Source: Candidatus Woesearchaeota archaeon (GTDB lineage: Archaea > Nanobdellota > Nanobdellia > Woesearchaeales > JACJVV01). From it: a DNA stretch of 64,000 nt. Position numbers and translations under genes: made by a program. The notes below the pieces were generated by a model that was not told the origin of the DNA, ran no database searches, and saw only the letters and a list, made by a program, of their open reading frames with translations. The first letter of the stretch is position 1. Each line of letters opens with the position of its first letter. Below are positions 27,742 through 36,196 of the stretch, in pieces. The DNA is taken from contig JBLKOM010000002.1 of the NCBI GenBank assembly GCA_047602755.1, positions 56,272 to 120,271 of the forward strand, in the 5' to 3' direction.

Positions 27742-28665
27742 ATGTTAAGATATTATATGATTCAAGTAACATTATTAGGTACATCTTGCATGGTACCAAC
27801 TAAAGAAAGAAATGTAACTAGCTTTTATTTAGAATATAATGGGGAAGGTATCTTAATTGATTGTGGTGAAGGAACACAACGTCAAATGAATATTTCTGGA
27901 ATAAACCGTAATAAAGTGAAAAAAATTTTGATTAGTCATTGGCATGGTGATCATGTGGGTGGACTTTTAGGCTTAATCCAAACAATTTCAAACAACACAG
28001 AAGGTTCAACAATTGAAATTTATGGACCAGTTGAAACTAAAAAAAGATTTGAAATGCTTATGAATTCTACATATTTTGGAAATATTTCTAAGCTAAACAT
28101 AAAGGTTATTGAAATCTCACCTAAATCACTTGAAACATTTTATGAATGTGAGGATTATTATCTTCAAGCAATATATTTAGAACATGGAATCCCTACTTTA
28201 GGTTATCGTTTTGTTGAAAAAGATCGATTGCGCATATCTCTATCTAAAACGCAGAAATTAGGAATTCCTAATGGACCTTTATTGGGTAAGCTACAAAATG
28301 GGGAAAATATAAAACTTAATGGGAAAACTTATTTAGCTAAAGATTTAACATATAAAGTTACAGGTAAAATTATTTCTTTTATCATGGATACTTCTTATAT
28401 TAAGAACTGCTTATTGTTAGCAAATAATTCTGATTTATTAATATGCGAAGCAACCTATCTTGATAAACATATTGAAAAAAGTGAATTACATAATCATATG
28501 ACTGTTAAGCAAGCTGCCCAGATCGCTCATCAAGCAAATGTTAAAAAATTAGTTATGATGCATTTTAGTCAACGCTATAAAGATTCTTCAGAACTTGAAG
28601 AAGAAGCAAAAGATATTTTTCCAGAAAGTTATGCTGGATATGATTTCATGAAAATAAAAGTATGA
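27742..28665 (+). CDS. rnz: Ribonuclease Z (tRNA 3' processing, metallo-beta-lactamase fold)
   Basis: 307 aa with HxHxDH (ISHWHGDHVGG) and a C-terminal histidine motif (MMHFSQRY). The true start may be the ATG at 27757 (MIQVTLLG). Confidence 0.8.
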   Translation: MLRYYMIQVTLLGTSCMVPTKERNVTSFYLEYNGEGILIDCGEGTQRQMNISGINRNKVKKILISHWHGDHVGGLLGLIQTISNNTEGSTIEIYGPVETKKRFEMLMNSTYFGNISKLNIKVIEISPKSLETFYECEDYYLQAIYLEHGIPTLGYRFVEKDRLRISLSKTQKLGIPNGPLLGKLQNGENIKLNGKTYLAKDLTYKVTGKIISFIMDTSYIKNCLLLANNSDLLICEATYLDKHIEKSELHNHMTVKQAAQIAHQANVKKLVMMHFSQRYKDSSELEEEAKDIFPESYAGYDFMKIKV

Positions 28666-28700
28666 ATTTATTTGTCGTAAGAATTATGTAATTTTTATAA

Positions 28701-28922
28701 TTATTTCTTTAAAGCAAGTTTGATGTCATCACTTTTAATTGTTTTTCTTCCTGCATGTTTTGCATAATTTATAGATTTTTTCGCAATTTCTAATGCATAA
28801 TCCTCTAAAATTCGTTTTAATTCTTTTTTTGCATCTTCACTTACTCTTTGTGCTCCAGCCTCTACCATAATATTTTCCATAGTTGCAAGCGGCAATACTC
28901 TTGAAGATTTCGATATTGACAT
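28701..28922 (-). CDS. Archaeal histone (HMf-like histone fold)
   Basis: 73 aa. LPLATMENIMVEAGAQRVSEDAKKELKRILEDYALEIAKKSINYAKHAGRKTIKSDDIKLALKK aligns with the archaeal histone consensus (LPIAP..RI.K.AGAERVS.DA...L...LE......A...AKHAGRKTI...DI.LA). Confidence 0.8.
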   Translation of the reverse strand: MSISKSSRVLPLATMENIMVEAGAQRVSEDAKKELKRILEDYALEIAKKSINYAKHAGRKTIKSDDIKLALKK

Positions 28923-29012
28923 ATTTCATTATTTATTTCTTTTCTTTTTAAATATTTTCATTGGACATATATTCTAGAAACTTTAATAAATGCAAATAAC
29001 TAGTATTTAAGA

Positions 29013-29402
29013 ATGAATAAAAAACAAAAGGGAACAACTGCTGAGCGAGAGCTTATTCATAAATTTCATTCTTCAGGATGGGCTTCTTTTCGTGCAGCAG
29101 GCTCAGGTTCAAGCAAATATCCGTGCCCTGATTTAATAGCTGGTAATTCTTTACGTAAAATAGCTATTGAAGTTAAATCTTTTAATGGTGAGCGAAAATA
29201 TTTTTCTAAACAAGAAATTGATGATCTTAGAACTTTTTGCTTTCAATTTGGTTGTGAGGGATGGGTAGGAATAAAATTCCAGGGAAAGGGGTGGTATTTT
29301 TTTTCCCTGGAAGATTTAAAAGAGACAATAGGTGGGTTTTCTATTGGTCTAAAAGATGCTGAATTAAAGGGTTTTTTATTTAATGAAATGATAAAATGCT
29401 AA
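29013..29402 (+). CDS. hjc: Holliday junction resolvase Hjc
   Basis: 129 aa. GTTAERELIHKF...GSGS...PDLIAG...IEVKS is the PD-(D/E)xK core of Hjc. Confidence 0.8.
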   Translation: MNKKQKGTTAERELIHKFHSSGWASFRAAGSGSSKYPCPDLIAGNSLRKIAIEVKSFNGERKYFSKQEIDDLRTFCFQFGCEGWVGIKFQGKGWYFFSLEDLKETIGGFSIGLKDAELKGFLFNEMIKC

Positions 29403-29479
29403 TTAACTATGCCTTTAGTTACATTTTATAAAATTTATATCTTATATATGATATTAATATTATTAAAAATGAATAATAA

Positions 29480-29596
29480 TTAAATGCTGCTCCATTCTTC
29501 ATCAATGTGTATTCCTAGATCTTCAATTTCCCAAGCTGATAATTCATCAACTTCTTCAGGCACTAAAATGTTTCCTAGTTTATCTTTGAATAACAT
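29480..29596 (-). CDS. Candidate small acidic protein (38 aa), not in ORF track
   Basis: ATG preceded by GAGGTGAT (Shine-Dalgarno) 5 nt upstream. It translates to MLFKDKLGNILVPEEVDELSAWEIEDLGIHIDEEWSSI. It lies between hjc and the membrane/wH pair. Confidence 0.3.
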   Translation of the reverse strand: MLFKDKLGNILVPEEVDELSAWEIEDLGIHIDEEWSSI

Positions 29597-29741
29597 ATAA
29601 ATCACCTCGTGCTTGCTATTATTTTATATAAATAATCTTTGACTAATATTACATTCATATTCTTTTATTAATACCTTATTCATATCAATTCTAGAAAATA
29701 AATCCATAATATTTAAATAGTTTAGATAATGTATATAATAA

Positions 29742-30401
29742 ATGTATAATGTTCCGTCATGGTTTTTAGGGTATGATGCACTTGCAGAATCTATATTCGC
29801 ATTAGTTACTATATTATTAAGTGTGTTAGCGTTTAAAATATATAAATTAACTAAGTCTTCAACATCAAAAATGCTTGGTTTTGGATTTCTATTTATTGCA
29901 TTTTCATATATTATTTTAGCAATCTTTAATATCGGTAACTGTTTTAATTTACATGAACCTTTATGCGAGATCACAAACTGGGACCCTTTGGCTTGGTATT
30001 CATTCCAAGTTTCTTTGCACTTAATGCTATATCTTTTAGGTCTTATTACATTAGTTTACATGACTTTTAAAGTAAAAAGTTTTAAGTTATATTCATTGCT
30101 TATTTTATTAGGTTCAATTCCTTTTTTGTTTAATCACAGCTTCCCTCGTGTCTATTTTATACTTTCATCTATTTTAATTGTATATATTTTTGCATTTTAT
30201 TTTAAGAATTATTTAAATAATAAAAATTATCATACAGCATCAATATCTATTGCTTTTGCATTGCTTTTTATTGGTGACTTGCTTATATTATTCACTATGG
30301 AATCAGATATTTCAGCTATTATATATGTAATTTGGCATAGTCTAAAATTGGTTGCTTATCTTTTAATTTTATCAAATCTAATTCCTATACTAAAAAAATG
30401 A
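29742..30401 (+). CDS. Polytopic membrane protein (about 7 TM), hypothetical
   Basis: 219 aa, hydrophobic throughout. Its stop overlaps the start of the downstream wHTH gene by 4 nt. Confidence 0.45.
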   Translation: MYNVPSWFLGYDALAESIFALVTILLSVLAFKIYKLTKSSTSKMLGFGFLFIAFSYIILAIFNIGNCFNLHEPLCEITNWDPLAWYSFQVSLHLMLYLLGLITLVYMTFKVKSFKLYSLLILLGSIPFLFNHSFPRVYFILSSILIVYIFAFYFKNYLNNKNYHTASISIAFALLFIGDLLILFTMESDISAIIYVIWHSLKLVAYLLILSNLIPILKK

Positions 30402-30670
30402 GAAAACGAAATCGGCTAGAAATAATATATGATATTCTAAAGGCTATCTCAAATAAGAATGGTACTATTAAGCCAACGCATATATTGTATAAATCAAATT
30501 TATCACATAAAATGATGAATGAATACCTTGATGAATTAATCACTAATGGATTTATTACAGAATCAAATACTCCTAACGGTAAAACATACAGCATAACTCC
30601 TCAAGGTTTTGAATACTTAAACAAATATAAAATGATTATTGAATTCACAGATTCATTTGGATTAAATTAA
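30398..30670 (+). CDS. Small winged-helix DNA-binding protein
   Basis: 90 aa. The wH-like layout is (EIIYDILKAI...GTIKPTHILYKSNLSHKMMNEYLDELITNGFI...GKTYSITPQGFEYL), and it is translationally coupled to the upstream membrane protein. Confidence 0.45.
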   Translation: MRKRNRLEIIYDILKAISNKNGTIKPTHILYKSNLSHKMMNEYLDELITNGFITESNTPNGKTYSITPQGFEYLNKYKMIIEFTDSFGLN

Positions 30671-30750
30671 TAATCTATTATTTTCAAAATGCTTTTATTA
30701 GTAATTATTTTCCTTTTGCATTAATTTTAATGTTTTTTTTAGGAATAACA

Positions 30751-30760
30751 TTTATAAATA
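30751..30760 (+). promoter_or_regulatory. TATA box for RNase P RNA gene
   Basis: tttataaata is centred about 25 bp upstream of the predicted RNA 5' end. Confidence 0.4.
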
Positions 30761-30780
30761 GTCCATGTTTCTTCGTTACC

Positions 30781-31080
30781 ATAGGGGGATGAGTTAGCTT
30801 TCGGTAAACTGAGGAAAGTCCACCCACTAAGTTAGGTTGCTTATCGTAAGATAAGTTCCAGAAATGGAAGGCAACCGCCCAGAAACGTACTGCCTTATTT
30901 AATGGAATGAAAACTGTAAAATAATGGTGACATTATATAAACAGTCGACGTCAATAAGGTAAGTTGAAACGGCGAGCCCCTGCCAGTGCAACTCATATGA
31001 GGCTAAGTTAAATGCTAGCAAGGATGATCAGCATTAATGTGCAAAAAGCATCCTACAGAAGGTGGCTTATCACTCCCTAT
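30781..31080 (+). ncRNA. rnpB: RNase P RNA (archaeal type)
   Basis: GC-enriched about 300-nt region. It contains the universally conserved P4/CR-I sequence GAGGAAAGTCCacc and CR-V ACAGAAggtGGCTTAtc. The 5' atagggg can pair with the 3' ccctat (P1). No ORF is present. Confidence 0.85.
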
Positions 31081-31107
31081 ATTTTTTATGTTTAATAAGA
31101 GAAAAAA

Positions 31108-31287
31108 ATGGCAAAAGACAATAAAATCAATATGCCTATGTCAGGCGCTGGTATTACACGTTATTTTGATGAATCTAAAAGTAAGTTTAAAATTAAACCT
31201 GCAAGTGTTTTAATAATTATAGCAATTGTTGTTATGATTGTAATTGGTTTGCATTTGTTTGGGTATTCAATTTTAGGGCTTAATTAA
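31108..31287 (+). CDS. Preprotein translocase Sec61-beta (SecG-type) subunit
   Basis: 59 aa, below the ORF-track cutoff: MAKDNKINMPMSGAGITRYFDESKSKFKIKPASVLIIIAIVVMIVIGLHLFGYSILGLN. The SGAG(I/L)xRYFDE motif plus a single C-terminal TM helix is characteristic. Confidence 0.55.
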   Translation: MAKDNKINMPMSGAGITRYFDESKSKFKIKPASVLIIIAIVVMIVIGLHLFGYSILGLN

Positions 31288-31305
31288 TAATGGAGTTTTA
31301 AAAAA

Positions 31306-31647
31306 ATGTTACCAGGTGTAAATCCACGTCAAATGAAGCAAATGATGAAACGTATGGGTGTTTCACAGAATGATTTAGATGCTGTACAAGTTATAATTAA
31401 AACAAGTGATAAAATGTTAATATTTGAAAACCCGCAAGTTTCAAAAGTCAATATGATGGGGCAAGAAAGTTATCAAGTTACAGGTGAACCTATTGAGCAA
31501 CCATTAGATACTAAACCTTCAATTAATGAAGAAGATATAAAAACAGTAATGGAACAAGCTTCTGTTGATTATGAAACAGCAAAAAAATCAATTGAAAATT
31601 CAAATGGAGATTTAGCTGAGGCTATATTATCTTTACAAAATGACTAA
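31306..31647 (+). CDS. nac: Nascent polypeptide-associated complex protein (NAC alpha, with C-terminal UBA)
   Basis: 113 aa with a NAC domain (PRQMKQMMKRMGVSQNDLDAVQVIIKT...IFENPQV) and a UBA-like C-terminus (VDYETAKKSIENSNGDLAEAI). Confidence 0.8.
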   Translation: MLPGVNPRQMKQMMKRMGVSQNDLDAVQVIIKTSDKMLIFENPQVSKVNMMGQESYQVTGEPIEQPLDTKPSINEEDIKTVMEQASVDYETAKKSIENSNGDLAEAILSLQND

Positions 31648-32623
31648 AAGAGCAGAAAAAAGATTGAAAAAGAAAAAAACTTCAGTTTTTACAAATAACA
31701 CAAATCAAGATAAAACAACTGAAGCAGTTATTAAAAAAAAAATAACAAATCCCTTTCAAAAATTATATTTAGAGCATTATAAAATTATATTAATAATACC
31801 TTTCATATTCTTGTTATTGGCCATTGCTCAAATATCTTATCAAACTGCTACAACTGGTGACTTCATAAATAAAGATATTACACTTAAAGGTGGGATTTCA
31901 TTAACAATTGAAATAGGTGAAATTGATATTATTGACTTGCAATCTCATTTGGCCTTAGAAGGACATATAACAAATGTACGTAACATATATTCAGGTGCAA
32001 GAGTTATAGGCACTATTATCGAGTCAGATTTAGACATAAGTGATGATGAAGGTATAGACTCACTAAAAGAGTCTGTTAGAAGTTATGTCCCTTTTGAAAA
32101 TTATTCATTAGAAGGTGTAGGTGCAGCAATTAGTCAATCTTTTTTTAATCAAGCAATGATTGCATTAGTATTTTCATTTTTACTAATGGGGTTAATTGTT
32201 ACTATAACATTTAAATCATTTATTCCAAGTTTAGCAGTAATTGCTGCAGCGTTTTCTGATATCATAATAACTATAGCTATAGTTAATTTGTTTGGTTTAA
32301 CTTTTTCAACTGCAAGTCTTGCAGCTTTGTTAATGCTTATTGGATATTCAGTTGATACAAATATTTTACTAACAACACGTGTACTTAAAAGAACTGAAGG
32401 GACAGTACTTGATAGAATTGCCTCTGCTTTTAAAACAGGTATTTTAATGAGTTGTACTACTTTAGTTGCAATAAGTATAGCATTATTTGTTGCTTCATCA
32501 GGCGTTATTCAGCAAATTATGTTAATTTTATTTATAGGAATTTTAGTTGATCAAATGAATACATGGGCACAAAATACAGGAATCTTAAGATGGTATTTAG
32601 AGAAAAAAGGTAATAAAGAATGA
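31640..32623 (+). CDS. secF: Protein-export membrane protein SecF
   Basis: 327 aa, 6 TM with a periplasmic loop. It overlaps the downstream secD by 4 nt. The secF-secD order matches archaeal secFD operons. Confidence 0.65.
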   Translation: MTKRAEKRLKKKKTSVFTNNTNQDKTTEAVIKKKITNPFQKLYLEHYKIILIIPFIFLLLAIAQISYQTATTGDFINKDITLKGGISLTIEIGEIDIIDLQSHLALEGHITNVRNIYSGARVIGTIIESDLDISDDEGIDSLKESVRSYVPFENYSLEGVGAAISQSFFNQAMIALVFSFLLMGLIVTITFKSFIPSLAVIAAAFSDIIITIAIVNLFGLTFSTASLAALLMLIGYSVDTNILLTTRVLKRTEGTVLDRIASAFKTGILMSCTTLVAISIALFVASSGVIQQIMLILFIGILVDQMNTWAQNTGILRWYLEKKGNKE

Positions 32624-34368
32624 ATCAAAAATTAAAAAAATTATTAACAAATTGGAAAGTAATTCTGTTACTTGTTTTTCTAGTATTTTCTATTGCTGCT
32701 ATTAATCCTAGCTTTAATGCAAAAGGTGTTTCAATATCTCATATAGCTATTAATAGTTCTGCACATATTGCAGGTATGAATTCACCAGATCCAAATACTG
32801 CACCCAGAAATAGAGAAGTTATTACTTCAATGTTGGGTAAAAAAATAAATGACTTAGATGATTTTGCATCTATACTTGATGAAATTAATTTAATGGAACC
32901 TTATGATACAGTTAGAATAGTAACGAATAAACAAACTTATATTTTAGATTTATTACCTGAAATTGATATAATCACATTACCTGAGTTAGAAACAATATTA
33001 TCTAATGTGACTGAAGAAGTTTATGATGAAGCTTCTGAAACGCTTGTAAATGTAACTGTAGAAAGGGAAATAACTGTCAATAAGACTGTTGAAAACATAA
33101 TAGGTGTACAAGAGATTGGAATACAAGTCAGAGAGGTTGCAGGTTCAAATATTAGAAAAGGACTAGATCTTGCAGGTGGAACTAGAGTTATTCTTAAACC
33201 TACTGAAGAAATTTCTTTTGAAGATTTTGATATTCTTTTGTTGAGTTTAAAGCAACGCCTAAATATTTATGGTTTATCAGATATAAAAGTAACAGAAACA
33301 ATAGATTTAGCAGGTGTTCGTTATATATTAGTAGAAATACCTGGTGCAAACCAAGAAGAAGTTAAGTCATTAGTCTCACAACAGGGAAAATTTGAAGCAA
33401 AAATAGGTAATGATATTGTTTTCTCTGGTGGACAAGATATTCGTACTGTAATGCGAACAGCTGATCGTTCAGGAATTGATCCAAGACATGGATGTAATTC
33501 ACAACAAAATGGCACATGGGTATGTAGATTTTATTTTGGTATAGTTTTATCTACTGAAGCAGCAGAAAGACAAGCAAGAGTAACTGACAGATTAACAGTC
33601 TTAACAGTAGATGAGCAAGGAAATCCTCTTCCAAGGGACAATCAATATCTTAGTGAGCAATTAGATTTCTATCTTGATGATTCTTTTATTGAATCATTAA
33701 ATATAGGGGCAGATTTAAAAGGTAGGGCAGTTACTGATATACAGATAACAGGTTCTGGAAGCGGAAGAAATCAAGAAGAAGCAAGACTTGATGCATTAAA
33801 TGAAATGAAAAGATTGCAAACTATACTAATAACAGGTTCATTGCCGGTTACATTAGAAATAATTAAAACAGATACAATTTCTCCTTCATTAGGACAAGAA
33901 TTCTTAAACAATGCTATATTGGTTGGTATTGTAGCATTAGTAGCTGTTATGCTTATAATATTTCTTGTTTTCAAAAAATTAATTGTAGTTTTGTCAATTG
34001 GTTTTACTTTAATAGCAGAATTAATTCTTATATTAGGATTTGCAGCAATTATTGGATGGAACTTAGATTTAGCATCTATTGCAGGTATTATTATAGCAAT
34101 TGGTACTGGGGTAGATCATCTTATTATTATTTCTGATGAAACTCTTAAAAAAGGTGTTGATTCTTTAACTTGGCTTCAAAAAATAAAACGTGCATTTTCA
34201 ATAATAATGGTTGCTTTTTTTACAACAGCAGCTGCGATGATACCTTTGATTTTTGCAGGTGCAGGATTACTAATGGGTTTCGCAATAACAACTTTATCTG
34301 GCTTAATGTTAGGGGTTTTCATAGCAAGACCTGCATATTCTGCTGCACTTGAGATTTTAATGAAATAA
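32620..34368 (+). CDS. secD: Protein-export membrane protein SecD
   Basis: 582 aa with a large extracytoplasmic domain between TM1 and TM2 and an RND-like C-terminal TM bundle (GTGVDHLIII). Confidence 0.7.
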   Translation: MNQKLKKLLTNWKVILLLVFLVFSIAAINPSFNAKGVSISHIAINSSAHIAGMNSPDPNTAPRNREVITSMLGKKINDLDDFASILDEINLMEPYDTVRIVTNKQTYILDLLPEIDIITLPELETILSNVTEEVYDEASETLVNVTVEREITVNKTVENIIGVQEIGIQVREVAGSNIRKGLDLAGGTRVILKPTEEISFEDFDILLLSLKQRLNIYGLSDIKVTETIDLAGVRYILVEIPGANQEEVKSLVSQQGKFEAKIGNDIVFSGGQDIRTVMRTADRSGIDPRHGCNSQQNGTWVCRFYFGIVLSTEAAERQARVTDRLTVLTVDEQGNPLPRDNQYLSEQLDFYLDDSFIESLNIGADLKGRAVTDIQITGSGSGRNQEEARLDALNEMKRLQTILITGSLPVTLEIIKTDTISPSLGQEFLNNAILVGIVALVAVMLIIFLVFKKLIVVLSIGFTLIAELILILGFAAIIGWNLDLASIAGIIIAIGTGVDHLIIISDETLKKGVDSLTWLQKIKRAFSIIMVAFFTTAAAMIPLIFAGAGLLMGFAITTLSGLMLGVFIARPAYSAALEILMK

Positions 34369-34492
34369 TTTACATTATTATTTTAGTAATTTTATAAAAT
34401 TCAGATTATTAATACTAATATATTATTATTAAATTAATAATAATAATTATTACTATAGTTATTAATATTAGTGCTAATAATATTTAATTATC

Positions 34493-34951
34493 ATGATTAA
34501 AAACAAACAAAATACTTTTGTAAATAAAGTAAGAATACCAAAAAGAAAATATGGAACATGTGGTGTTTTAATTGAAAACAGTTCTAAGAAAATATTATTG
34601 CAATTACGTGATAAAAATGTTTTATTTGCAAATTGCTGGGGAACTTTTGGTGGTTCTATTGAAAAAAATGAAACACCACTACAAGCAATATTACGAGAAT
34701 TAAAAGAAGAGTTAAATTATAATACTGATATAACCAATATTCAATATTACGGTAATTTTCCTTATGGTGGTTATGATGTTCATATGTTTAGAATTATTGA
34801 TTTATCCTTTGACATATCTAACTATCCTATTTTAGAAGGTGTAAAAGCAAAATTTTTCTCATTAGAAGAGGTTAAATCAATTAAAACTGCTTTTCACGCA
34901 AAAGAGCTAGTTGTTGATTACTATAATCGCTTCCATAAAACTATTAAATGA
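34493..34951 (+). CDS. NUDIX hydrolase
   Basis: 152 aa with a Nudix box (GGSIEKNETPLQAILRELKEELN). Confidence 0.7.
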   Translation: MIKNKQNTFVNKVRIPKRKYGTCGVLIENSSKKILLQLRDKNVLFANCWGTFGGSIEKNETPLQAILRELKEELNYNTDITNIQYYGNFPYGGYDVHMFRIIDLSFDISNYPILEGVKAKFFSLEEVKSIKTAFHAKELVVDYYNRFHKTIK

Positions 34952-34971
34952 TGTTTATTTTTCTTTAAAAT

Positions 34972-36174
34972 ATGAAATTCACTCATATGGCTGATGTACA
35001 TTTAGGAGGCTGGCGTGAACCAGCTATGTCTGAATTAGGAATGAAATCTTTTGAAAAAGTAATTGATAACTCTATTACTGAAAATGTAGATTTTGTGATT
35101 ATTGCTGGTGATTTATTTAATACATCTTTACCTAATATAGATTATATTAAAGAAACAGTAAAACAATTAAAAAATCTTAAAATAGCTAAAATTCCAGTAT
35201 ATATTATTCCAGGAAGTCATGATTTCTCACCAACAGGAAAAACAATGCTTGATGTACTTGAACAAGCTGATTTATTGATTAATGTGGTTAAAGCAAAAAA
35301 ATTACCAGAAGGTAAAATACAACTTCAATTTACTATTGACCCAAAGACTAATGTTATGTTAACAGGAATGCTTGGTAAAAAAAATATGCTAGAAAAAAGC
35401 TACTATGAACAACTTGACTTTTCTAATTTGGATGTTGAAGGTTTTAAAATTTTTTTATTTCATTCTGCTTTAGATGAATTAAAACCATCTGATATGCAAA
35501 AAATGGAATCTTCACCAATCTCTTTATTACCTAAGAATTTTGATTATTATGCAGGGGGTCATGTACATATTGTTGAACATAAAAATATTGAAGGATATAA
35601 AAATGTAATATACCCTGGCCCAGTATTTCCTAACTCTTTTTCAGAACTTCAAAAATTAAAACATGGTTCTTATTATATTTATGATAATGGTAAAATAATA
35701 CCACATAAAATTCAATTAAAATCAATTGAGAATATTGAAGTAGATTGCAATAATTTTACACCTGAACAAATAAATAATGAATTAAGACATACGATTTCTA
35801 ATAAAGATTTCTCTGATAAAATTGTTTTATTAAGATTATCTGGAAAATTAAAATTAGGGAAAATAACTGATATTGACTTAAAAACAATCATTTCTTTTAT
35901 TTATCAAAAAGGAGCCTATTTTGTAATGAAAAATACTTCAACTGTAACATCTTCTGATTTCCAAGAAATTAAAAAAGCTTATTCCTCAGATTTAATTGAA
36001 GATGAAATAATCAATGAACATCTTGGTCAAATAAAAATAGAAAATATTAATCTTGATCAAGAAAGAAATTTAATTAAGGAATTAATTCATACTTTATCTA
36101 TAGAAAAAATCGAAGGTGAAACAACAACAACTTTTGAAGAGCGCATACTTAAAGATATAAATTTAATAAAATAA
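34972..36174 (+). CDS. Mre11/SbcD-family metallophosphoesterase (nuclease)
   Basis: 400 aa with an N-terminal MKFTHMADVHLG motif, then GDLF, PGSHD and GGHVH motifs. No rad50 is adjacent. Confidence 0.55.
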   Translation: MKFTHMADVHLGGWREPAMSELGMKSFEKVIDNSITENVDFVIIAGDLFNTSLPNIDYIKETVKQLKNLKIAKIPVYIIPGSHDFSPTGKTMLDVLEQADLLINVVKAKKLPEGKIQLQFTIDPKTNVMLTGMLGKKNMLEKSYYEQLDFSNLDVEGFKIFLFHSALDELKPSDMQKMESSPISLLPKNFDYYAGGHVHIVEHKNIEGYKNVIYPGPVFPNSFSELQKLKHGSYYIYDNGKIIPHKIQLKSIENIEVDCNNFTPEQINNELRHTISNKDFSDKIVLLRLSGKLKLGKITDIDLKTIISFIYQKGAYFVMKNTSTVTSSDFQEIKKAYSSDLIEDEIINEHLGQIKIENINLDQERNLIKELIHTLSIEKIEGETTTTFEERILKDINLIK

Positions 36175-36196
36175 TTAAGAATTGTGATTAATAATA

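Noticed and set aside
29624-29974. 116-aa minus-strand ORF overlapping the 7TM membrane gene
   Set aside because: The plus-strand membrane protein is translationally coupled to a downstream wH gene. The minus ORF lacks a Shine-Dalgarno and has N/I/Y-rich composition.
30385-30594. 69-aa antisense ORF in the wH gene
   Set aside because: Shadow frame.
33321-34352. Three short ORFs within or antisense to secD
   Set aside because: Embedded in the secD CDS.
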